From assembly GCF_001194135.2 (NCBI RefSeq), contig NC_068988.1, positions 25,554,202 to 25,618,201 on the forward strand: 64,000 nt of DNA, in the 5' to 3' direction. This document shows positions 52,793-64,000 of this stretch, piece by piece. Below the pieces are notes generated by a model, which worked only from the letters and a program-made list of their open reading frames with translations, was not told the DNA's origin and searched no databases. The stretch's first letter is position 1. Every line of letters starts with the position of its first letter. The translations under genes were made by a program, and so were the position numbers. The DNA is from Octopus bimaculoides. Lineage: Eukaryota.

Positions 52793-52889
52793 TATAAAAA
52801 TAAAAAGATAAAGAGAGCAAAGGTAAGGTTGGAGAAGTATTTTACTTCTCCAACCTTACCATTGCTCTCTTTATCTTTTTATTTTTATA
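52793..52889. repeat. 97-bp near-perfect inverted repeat (47-bp arms, 1 mismatch, 3-nt TTT loop)
   Basis: Left arm tataaaaataaaaagataaagagagcaaaggtaaggttggagaagta (52793-52839); right arm tacttctccaaccttaccattgctctctttatctttttatttttata (52843-52889); single A/A mismatch at 52821/52861. Confidence 0.97.
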
Positions 52890-53485
52890 TAAATGGCGCA
52901 AGGGCGCAGATAAGAGTATAGTTACACGAGTAACATGATGAGAAATTAAATTTACTGTGATATAATTTAAAAGCTAATTAAAGGAACCTGGTTTTTACAA
53001 GGATTAGAAACGTTTTGGGAAGAAACTAATTCCACCATTTCCTTCCGTGAAATACAACAAGGAAGTTATTGACTAAGAGCTCGATGCCATTTATATATAT
53101 ATACCGCAAAAAGAAGTGGTTATCTTACAAGTAGAGTATGTGAAAGTAGAATGCATAGTATGCCGGTAAGCAAGATTAGATGTTAAGTACTTTGTAAGAG
53201 TAATATGCAGCCTAGCTTCAGATTCTAGCAGTTACGTAACTTCTTCTAACCCAATATTAATATGAATGAATATAGCCAAAACTTTATGAAGCAGAAGTAC
53301 TGAGCATTATAATTTTACCACAATAATCAAATGGAGAATATCATGTATTTCATTAATCTAGCATTGCATCTCATTATTCTCTACTTGCTGACGGTGAAGG
53401 ATGTAATCATTAGTTTTTAGTGTCAGATATTCCCACATGTGCATGTAAATATGTATCTATGCATGTGTATGTGTTCATGTGCTCA

Positions 53486-53520
<35 letters not shown>

Positions 53521-54912
53521 GCATATATATATATACATATACATTGATATGTGTATGCCTATATATATATATACACGTATATATATATACATATACATTG
53601 ATATGTGTATGCCTATATCTATCTGATATANNNNNNNNNNNNNNNNNNNNNNNNNNNNNNNNNNNNNNNNNNNNNNNNNNNNNNNNNNNNNNNNNNNNNN
53701 NNNNNNNNNNNNNNNNNNNNNNNNNNNNNNNNNNNNNNNNNNNNNNNNNNNNNNNNNNNNNNNNNNNNNNNNNNNNNNNNNNNNNNNNNNNNNNNNNNNN
53801 NNNNNNNNNNNNNNNNNNNNNNNNNNNNNNNNNNNNNNNNNNNNNNNNNNNNNNNNNNNNNNNNNNNNNNNNNNNNNNNNNNNNNNNNNNGGGGGTGAGT
53901 GTGTGTGTGTATAAATATATATATATATATATACGGAGGAAAAGAGGGACAAAAAGACTGACAGCAATGGTGGAAGCAAAAGAGAAAAAGAAGCACGTTA
54001 AAAATTGCGCTCATACATATTATACCACGCAATTGCGCTCAATCGATGCATAATTAATACCTAAACAGGACAACATTGATCAAGAATAATCGAATAGATA
54101 TGAATGTATAATGAAAGATAAATCATTTAATTTGCTTTGAAATAAAATACTTTACAGAAACAACATACATTGACACAGAAATTACCATCTATTACTTTAG
54201 AAAAACAAATAATGATTTCTTATACTAGCATAATACCATGAATCTGAAGTATCATCGCTACTGTGTAGTTGTAATAATCGAATCCGGCATATTACGTGTA
54301 TTAATTTCATCGACACGGAGGATAAAAGGGAAAAAATTGTAAATCAATAAATATAAGCAATAAATATTAAATAATAGCTAGGCGGTCCCTGTTGAATATA
54401 GCTTCATCACCAAACAGGACGAGAACGAGGTATAGGTTGCAAATGATTACTGTTGCCAAAACAAAAGAAAAAATAACAAAAGCAAAAATAAAAATACACC
54501 CATATCAAGGTGCGAAGATATGCGCGCGATAAAAAGATTCGCTTAATATTCTGAATTCCCTCTCGCTGCGCAGTTCTGAATTCCCTCTCGCTGCGTAGAT
54601 ACGAATTCAATCCTACTTGAATACGTATAATTTAGTATAAATATGAGCTATCAAATATATTCTGGTTTCAATTTTTATTACGCATTAATCAAAAGAGACG
54701 TGTTTTGTTACTCATGGTCAAATGTGTCTTGCTAAATGAGCATACACACACATACACACATACACACACATAGACACACACAAACACACTTATGTATGTG
54801 TGTGTGCGTGCATATATGTATATATCTGTCATTCTCACAGGTGTTTGGTTAATACCTTAATTTTATTTTGTACAGAAGCACTCCGAAAAAGCCTGTCGGA
54901 CAGATGACCCCA

Positions 54913-54965
<53 letters not shown>

Positions 54966-55096
54966 GTCTGTCTATCTGCCTGTTTGTCTACCTGCCTACC
55001 TGATCGCCTGTCTACCTGTCTGTCTGTATACCTATGTATGTATGTGTGTGTGTGTGTGTGTGTGCGTGCGTGTGCGTGTGCGTGTGTGTGTGTGTG
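54913..55096. repeat. (TATC)n grading into (TGTC/TACC)n then (TG)n
   Basis: Direct reading. Confidence 0.9.
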
Positions 55097-56200
55097 AAAT
55101 GGGGCTTTCAGATATGGTTGGAAATGAATGAATGCGCAAAATCGGATATTCGACAAATGAACTCAAGCGTAGATATCATTGAGCCTTCAGACACAAAGCA
55201 ATGAAGAACACGACCACGTTATGACACAACTTTTTACATGATACTCTTGACTGAAGCTTCGCCATATAGCGACAAGCGAATAAGATATAATATTTGCACT
55301 AAAAAAAAAAAAAACTATTAAACTCTTAGCAAATACAGAAAATTTTCGAAAATTTATTGCACTTTCCTAAATTAGAAAGACTATAATTTAGGAAAACGCA
55401 ATAAATCTCGCGGCCCACGGGGTTAGAATTGAGTCGTACTGATACTACAAATATTTCACACCCCATATAAGCAACATAATACTCATGCTTTAACATAAGA
55501 ACACAAACAAAGGCACTATAATATGTAACACTACTACAAATATTATATACCCCGTACTCCGACATTTTGCATAAACATAAAATAACAACACTTATATAAA
55601 CACGTCTCATGCAAATACATAACTGAATGTGGAATAAATTCCTATGAAATATCCCCCATGGTCGTATGCAACCCTAGCTATATAGGTGACTTAAACATTC
55701 ATTACTAAAAAGCCTCCACTGACTTCCCTTCTTCAATTCTCTCATAATCTCAATAACGACCACGTTATAATTATCGACTTCATTTTTGCATACGCCTACA
55801 CCACAGACATAATTGGAACTATTATCAAACTTATCAACAAATAACCTATAGTAATTATTTAATGAGACTAATACATTAATCATAATATTGATAATATCAA
55901 TATATTGATATTACCATGATAACTAGATTAACATGTTCTCTTTTCCTATTTTTAGTGTCTTCAGTGGTTTTCCTAATATGTTAGTGATACAGTCTCTGTT
56001 TATTGTTATCATTATTAACATTACTATTGCTATTATTACAGTCGCAATTGCTGCTATGATTGTTACAATTATTAATGCTGTAATAATAATTATTGATAAT
56101 TATTAATATTACACATAAAATATATTCTAATAATGAAAAAACATTTTGTTATTATTAATATATCATCATTAGAAATAAGAATCAATTATATTATTAATAG

Positions 56201-56328
<128 letters not shown>

Positions 56329-56744
56329 CTCACAAACACAAACATATGTATGTGTGTATATATATATCTACACATAAACTCACACACACACATATATACG
56401 TACGTAGATTTATATCTGATGGATGAGAGGCGTGCTTCATATACGTTGTAGAGGATATGCTTTTATTGAATCAGTAAGTGAATGCTTGTCTCGCAGTTCG
56501 AGTTTCATGTACTTTCCGTCTTGATGCAAGGACTGGGGCAACCTGTATTGGTGGTGAATTTACATCGTTTGTTATTGTGTGGTCCGATGTTTCGTTGGTT
56601 CATTAGTGTTTGCGTTACATGTTTATTGATTGGGTGCTGTTTTCTGGGCTCTTCATTTATTGTTTAGGTTATTTTTTGTTTGATACTTGTTTTTATTTCT
56701 GGAAAATATCGGTGGGAGTGTATGTAATGAAATTGGAAGTAAAT

Positions 56745-57017
56745 GGACACAGCTTAGTGGTTACGATGTTCGGCTTACAAACTTAAGATCGTGATTTCGC
56801 TTCCCGCCGGTGTGCTGTTTCCTTGAGCAACAGATTTTATTTCTCGTTGCTCGAATTCACTCAGCTGGCAAAAATGAGTCGCAGGAGTAATTAAAAGGTC
56901 CAGCCATGTCACATTCTGTGCCACGACTGCTCAGCGACTTGCACGTTGATTTCATGAGCAAGCTATTCCGTTGATTTCAGCAACTGGAACACTCGTGGTT
57001 GTAATTAACGAAGTACC
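56745..57017 (+). mobile_element. SINE family B (5' module type 2) with an about 45-nt internal deletion
   Basis: gcttagtggttacg head, gatttcgcttccc, ttccttgagcaac...gttgctcgaattcactcagctggcaaaaatgagt, gtcacattctgtgccacg|actgctcagcgacttgcacgttgatttc...caactggaacactcgt. Confidence 0.85.
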
Positions 57018-58230
57018 AGTAATAAAATTGCATTGTGTTTGTTGGTGTGCTGGTGATGGTGCGTTTCTCTTCAGCGATGCATTTGTGTGTGTATTTTTAA
57101 GGTTGTAAGTGTTGTCTAGTGACAGATTCATTAAGTGTGATGATATTCGCAAAACTAAATTTAGCGAAAGATGCATTTGATCGCTGAATAAATGTGGATG
57201 GTTAATCCGTGAGGGAATACTCGTTTGGTATGGAATTTTTCTTGACTTGTACACGTAAAAGATAAACAATGTAGCAATCAGAAATAAGCACCGAATCAAT
57301 AATTGCGAAGCACAAACCTCTGAACAAAAACACCAAGTCACACATTCACAGTCAAATACATACATACATACATACATAATACATACATACATACATACAT
57401 ACATACATTCAAATTCAATTTGTTAACTAGAAAGCTTAAAATGATCCTAAATATTTTGTGCGAATTTCAGCTAGGACAAATCTTGGCGAAAGCATCTTAC
57501 CATAAGCATCAAATGAAGACGACTAGAACTGAAGTTCATTTTGGAACATAATTGAGGACTCCGAATTACTGATACGGTGCAGCTCATAGGCGACATTCCT
57601 TTCTTAGACAGTTCTATTCCCCCGATACATGCACAACCTCATAGAACATATAACATATACAGGAATAGACCATCCGTTTAACTGGCACCATGTCTATCAA
57701 AATCATACTCGAATTACTGCTACAGAGAGGCACGGGTCTCAACTCAGTTATTTCTGCCCCAATGATATCTCATCTTAGTTCTTTTTATCCAATACTGCCA
57801 TCTATCTCAGACCACCAGACTCGTACATTACTTTTCTCTACCTCGGCTTTCTCGAAGCCGTTCTTTGCTAATGAACTTCCTTCGGATGTTGACTTGCGGT
57901 TGCTCACTAAGAACAGTAACAGTATCAATCTTTCAAGTGTGGAGAGCGAATATTACGACACCTTCTTCCTCAGATATTGTAAATGCATATAAACTACACA
58001 CGCATTATATGAATATACGCACGCGCACGCAAGCACACACACAGAAACACATATACACACACAAACACACACACAGATACACATACACACAAACAAATAT
58101 ATATGTTTACGGGTACACACAGACGCTTACACAGACACAGGCACAGACACAAATACACATATAAATGTAATTTGTCGCGTCAAGAGTAAGGAAAATATAC
58201 GCATATGTATGCAATATATGTATAAATACA

Positions 58231-58355
<125 letters not shown>

Positions 58356-61300
58356 ATGCATCTATACTTACACATATACTGATATGTGTAGTGTGAGTAT
58401 GTACCATTTTGCTGCAGTCTGTTGATGGCCTAACATAATCAGCTATATGTATTAAGTTTAGTGTGTATCATACTGGGAAGTACATTACTTGTGTGTTTAA
58501 GAATTTATGTCACAGCTAATCAATTTCATTATATTAACCTAAATGGATTCAAAGATGAAATACTTGGCATGCGATGCCTACATTAACTATAAATTGGCAA
58601 GCTACCAATTTTTCTATTTGCTATTTTCTACGATATCTAATGATGAAATGGAAATTTCACTGAAGTTGACTTTTCTTGACCAGAGTTGCTAAGCTTCATT
58701 TCGAATTCATTTATTTTCACATAAAAACAAGTAACGTTTGTAGAGTCTGATTTTCGTCATATTAACTTGCCACGATTTTCACTCACAACATCTGTCCGAT
58801 GTATTTAATACATCAACCAAAGTACAAAATAGTCCTACCTGAAATATTTGACATTAGTGAGTCTGTCAAGTGTAAACTCAAATACTGAAGAGAATTTTCG
58901 AACGTTTTGTTTTAGATTACCTATCACTATTTGAGGTGAACGTCACAAATATTTAATGAATATGTTTAAAATACTTGGCAGAATAATCCAAAACATAGAT
59001 GGAAGACAACATCGAATCTTCATATGAAGTTCGTTGACAATTATAACTGAGAATATATGGGGAGAATTTCTAATACCTATACACAAGTGAAAATGTTCTG
59101 TTTAAACCTTATAATCAGCTACAAGGATGAATTCGTATGAAGGAGTCTCTGAGTAACTGATTACTATAAGTAGCTGCAAAATTCCCTCTGCAATAAAAGG
59201 GAATAACTCAATGGCCAATGTTGTTTCAGATATACTAGTAGACACGTTGGCCAGTGACTAAATGCCTTTGAATCTACGACCTCGCAAACATGGCTGGTTT
59301 AAGATTTAAGATCAATTCGCAGATCTCAAATCTTACAAAGTCTGAAAATATTTTTTCAGTTTTAGCATGGAAGTTTCAATTACTTATAATGTGACCAAAT
59401 ATTGTTTACATATTAACTCATCTCACCGAATCTCCCCTCAACATTTCCCACTATTTAATTTATGGGCTCGAGTTTTCGAACCATAAAGATTTTCCAATTT
59501 GATCTGACAACGTACCATCCAGGTCATGATTATAAATTCGCTCATGCAGTAAATCAGTATAAACATTAAAATGTAATGAGGGTAGTGGTTCATTTAAATA
59601 GGATGACATTTTCTTTATCTATGAGAAACATTTGATTTGGAGAGATTATCGCAGTTGCTGTTGCCGTATATACAAGATTGTATTAATCCTCAGTACACAT
59701 TCCTGATGTGATGGAGGTTGAGAATGTTTACAAGCTTGCAGATAATTGTATCAATAAGATAAGATACTGCACATGAAATTGCTGGGTTATTGGTTGAATG
59801 ATATGAATACTTCAGATTAGTCCCCAAAATTCCTAGATTATTTTCCAGGTAGGTCTAGATATATTTAGATGCCCAATTATCTAGTCCAACACCTATAGGC
59901 CATTCTAAATCGATCGGACTCAGATATGTGTTGAGAACATTTGGTGAAATGGTTCTGCGGAAAGAAAGTTATGTACGAAGTGGAAGTGAAATAGGAGTGT
60001 TTAATGCTATTGTTAAACGCTGGGTGATTCCAATCTATCGAAATGATTTATTATCAGTGGCATTCAAATCGAGAACACTAGGTGTTTTTTTCCGGACAAT
60101 TTATTGATGCTATATTATGCTATTATCTCCAGTCTATCGTATCCGCCTTTTTAGTTAGCATCTCAAGCGACAATGTAGATGCTAACTTGTTGACTGATGC
60201 AGAGTAGTCGTAATCTGAGATGCAGTGGAAAACGAACACAGTTAAGGATTGCTAGTTCAGAAATTGTAAGCTAAGAGAGAAATAGAATATTGCATATGAA
60301 TATCTTGAAGGAAGATAAAGATGATTGAAGTATATATAATTAAATTGGCCACATACAACAACAATGAAACGAACAGTGAAATCTATGCATAGCTGATAAA
60401 GTGTGGATTATTAACCGAATATTTCTAATATACACTAGGGGTTGAGTACAATAAACTACTGTTGACTAATATGTAAGTAAAATAAGGCATTCAAATCCAA
60501 AATAATCTCCTCAATACACAAAAGAAAAAGAACCAATAAAAACAAACAACACACTTTCTAATATTGATTTTCAAAGAGAACCGATTTCATAAATAGACTA
60601 AATAGATTTTTCTTTTTATTTGAAAAATATTTTCAAGTATTTTTCTCCATTAATTTTTAGCTTTTGTTTAATATCGTTTTCTGTGTAATTATATTGTTTA
60701 GAGCCCTGATGTGAGAGTAATAATGGACGAGATAAATGTAAATATTGAAAGAAAAAAGTAATCTTGTTTTCTTTTTTAATCATTATTTTCATCTAACGGC
60801 ATTCCTGTAATCATAGTCCAATAGGTCAACGGTCTAATATAATCAATTTCAGTAAACAAAGAACGTATAATCTTTATTATTTTCTTTTTCTTTAAGTTTC
60901 ATTTTCTTCTATTAGCTTGTCATTTGGTATGCATATTGACAAAACTGAATTAATTTTATTTTTAATTTTAAAACTTCTCGTAGGAAATAATAGAACGTAC
61001 ATAATAAGCATTGTGTTTTGAGGAGGGGATTCTATTTATTTACGATGTATGTTTGTAAATAAAAGAAACAGTAATCATTACTAAGTTATTCAAATAAATA
61101 ATTTTATTTTATCTATGAGAAACTGAAATATCGAATATAGATGAGCATTGTGTGTTCTATATAACTTATATATATATTCTTTCTGGAGAGTAAACAGGCT
61201 TTACATATATCAGTTAAATATTGTTCGATGTAATTTCAATAGAAAATATCTATGTTCATGCAGACGCACAAATGCACACGCACATACATGATTGTACATA

Positions 61301-61421
61301 TTAGATAAGGAGATGAAACAAAAAAAAACATAGTCAAAATCTTTGCCCATGTCTGTATTTTCTATAGAGTTGATCTTATGTTCGAAATATTTTCTGACAG
61401 ATACGGTAGTTTACGTAGTCG

Positions 61422-61620
61422 ATAAGTTGTCAGAATCGTTAGCGTGTCCGAAAAATAGTTTGCATTAATTCTTCTGTCTTTACTCTCTGAGTTCAAATGT
61501 CACCGGGGTCAACTTTGCTTTCCATCCTTTCGGGTTTGATGAAATAGTACTAGCTGAGCACTGGGGTCTGATATAATCGTCTTCCCCTCCCCTCGAAAGT
61601 GCTGGATTTGTGACAAAATA
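61422..61620 (+). mobile_element. Diverged SINE family A copy (tail type Y)
   Basis: cagaatcgttagcgtg head, ctgagttcaaatg, gtcaactttgctttccatcctttcgggtttgatgaaatagtact, gagcactggggtc, aaagtgctggatttgtgacaaaa. Confidence 0.82.
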
Positions 61621-61625
61621 ACATA

Positions 61626-61884
61626 AGGCACAGGAGTAGCTGTGTAGTAAGAAACTGCTTACTAACCACATGGTTCCGGGTTCAGTCACACTGCGTGGCA
61701 CCTTGGGCAAGTGTCTTCTACTATAGCCTCGGGCCGACCAAAGCCTTGTGAGTGGATTTGGTAGACGGAAACTGAAAGAAGCCTATCGTATATCACGTCA
61801 TGTACCCAGTTATGTATCTATATGTACATGTAGATGAAGTTATGTACATACATGTACATATATATGCATATACTCATATATTAT

Positions 61885-61946
<62 letters not shown>

Positions 61947-62106
61947 TCGTGTGTTTGTGATTGTCCTCCCAACATCTCATGACAGCCGATAGAATAAGTA
62001 CTAGGCTTACAAAGAATAAGTCCTGGGGTCGATTTGCTCGACTAAAGATGGTACTCCAGCGTGGCCACAGTCAAATGACTGAAACAAGTAAAAAAGTAAA
62101 AGAGTA
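61626..62106 (+). mobile_element. SINE family C with expanded internal microsatellite and a deletion in the 3' half
   Basis: ggcacaggagtagctgtgtagtaagaaactgcttactaaccacatggttccgggttcagtc...caccttgggcaagtgtcttctactatagcctcgggccgaccaaagccttgtgagtggatttggtagacggaaactgaaagaagcc; 3' gatagaataagtactaggcttacaaagaataagtcctggggtcgatttgctcgactaa...gactgaaacaagtaaaaaagtaaaagagta. Confidence 0.92.
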
Positions 62107-63708
62107 AGGAAACAAGTTTTATAACGGATAATGTTTAATCTTCATATTTATGCACTAATAGTCTAAGGAAAACGTTTTTGAATTTTGTTTTGCTTCGACA
62201 GAATTTGCTTTCAGTATATTATGTGACTGGGAAATATATTTATATGAAACAACAAATTTTAGAAATCTGCAAGCTAAGATAAGAAACTGAAAACCAAAGA
62301 GTGACTGTAAATATTTTGTGGACAGTATCCAGTATCATTGATTGGTTTAAACAGGGATATATATTTAATATAATTCATTTAGCTGTTAATGTTTAGTCTG
62401 TTTTCTATATACTCTGAAGTATGGATGTAGAGGTTACATTACATGTCCCATTTTTGTTTTTTATTACTGTTATAAGTTCAATGTTCTCCAGACCCATTCA
62501 ACATTATACACGGGCACTAAACGAAAATTAGGTATAAGGAATATCGTCACTATGATCAAATCTATAAACTATTACCGAAGTTTTGCCTGATAATTGGGAA
62601 CTGAAATGAAGGTAAGTATATAAAACATTGAATTTTGATACTTATAATATTTTCTGTCTCCGTACTAAATAAGACAATTCCTTCGTTTACGAAATCAGTT
62701 ATATAATAATCTAACACAATTTATTATAATTTAATTCATTCTCATCAAGGATGTTGTAGTTTTGGTGGCTTAAACGAGTTAAGTCTACAAATGCATGGAC
62801 TATAAGCTTGATATTCTTTTTACCAAAGTGAAATATACTGAGACCATTACGGCAACAGTCGAATAATATACAAATACGAAATAAAAATATTGACAAGAGA
62901 CCAAACGTTAGAAAATTCACTACTGCAATGAGAGAACGTAAAACAATATTAACAATAGCTGCGAGCTATATATATCTTTTTATGAAGCATTGGAGCATTA
63001 TTTGGCCTACAAGGTCAATATATGTTGTGTAACAACACCTGTCATTCACATTATATTAGGTGCCATTATAATAGGTGTTTCTTTACACACAGCGTATAGT
63101 GTAAATGTTTTGCCGAATGACATATATATTATACTTATTTTACTAATATCACATCACACAATGAGGTACCAGCCATTAAGAGTAATCTTGGGGTGATATT
63201 GGACATGATTATGATAGTAAATTTCTTTGATCTAAAAAAGAATATATGCCTTTGACATAAAAATTTCTCATATATTGCTGTTTTACGTATTCTTTTAATA
63301 CCTTGTAATGCATATAATATTTGCTATTATTATATGTGTACATTGATATAATTCTATCTACAAATACACCACTATAAAACATCCTTTACTTTCTGCATAT
63401 TGTAAATAAATATTTAAATAATATATTCAGTTATGTCCAGGTGCCAAAATATTATGTTTTCTCTTTTGAGTAGTCGTTATCTTACCGTTTTTTTTCACTT
63501 GTAGTTATTACAAGTGATGTGAACAAATGGTATTAGCACTGAGATAAGGGATCATATTACTTCGTGCTGAGTCATTTTCAACTATAATTTGTTCATGCTG
63601 TATTCAATATTCGAGAAAACAAATTGTAGTGCGACATTATACTACTAAATATCCGTACAAGTGTATAGCAGATATAAAATATTTCTTAACGTACATACCC
63701 ACATCTGC

Positions 63709-63724
63709 CTATCTATCTATCTGC

Positions 63725-63780
<56 letters not shown>

Positions 63781-63781
63781 A
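63709..63781. repeat. (TATC)n tetranucleotide microsatellite
   Basis: Direct reading. Confidence 0.95.
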
Positions 63782-64000
63782 TGTCTGTCTATATACATAT
63801 GTACGTATGAGTGTATATTACTATTAGTGAGTGCAAGTGCGTGTACGTGAATGTGTTTTTTAGAGGACATTTAGTTTAAAACATATAGAACTTAGAACAA
63901 TAAAATGCTGTATTTTCAATATTGTATTGGTGTTTTTATTATTTTTTTTCATATTTATATTTGATTCCTCCAAGTTTTGTTTCTAATATAAGATTCCAGA

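Noticed and set aside
52983-53070. GTWFLQGL resembling the caspase GSWFIQ motif
   Set aside because: Isolated short match in a 33-codon frame bounded by stops; no other caspase motifs (e.g. QACRG).
55400-55900. A/C-skewed stretch considered as a mitochondrial insertion (numt)
   Set aside because: No recognisable mitochondrial gene, tRNA or rRNA sequence on either strand.
57690-57992. 100-aa plus ORF MSIKIILELLLQRG...
   Set aside because: No recognisable domain, Ser/Leu-rich composition typical of chance or antisense frames, and no splice signals tying it to other candidates.
59560-60050. Possible ancient L1/Tx1-like remnant on the plus strand (...IVKRWV)
   Set aside because: Resemblance too weak to call by eye.

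Overview
AT-rich, microsatellite-dense eukaryotic draft-genome sequence with 21 N-gaps (about 7.8 kb, about 12% of the window), most flanked by (TA)n/(CA)n runs. The repeat landscape suggests a coleoid cephalopod, probably Octopus; this is an inference from SINE resemblance and microsatellite load, not a database result. I recognise no intact protein-coding gene: most ORF-track entries are read-throughs of microsatellites or N-gaps. Supported features are about 24 copies/fragments of three tRNA-headed SINE families (called A, B, C here, defined by aligning copies within the window), one decayed Tc1/mariner transposase fragment (34064-34207, minus) and many simple repeats. The most notable unexplained structures are a 319-bp fold-back palindrome (20279-20597) and a near-perfect 97-bp hairpin (52793-52889). 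Also of interest are same-strand head-to-tail SINE chains, modular swapping of SINE parts, and a few weak plus-strand exon candidates of an unidentified intron-rich gene. I found no evidence of a new multi-gene system.
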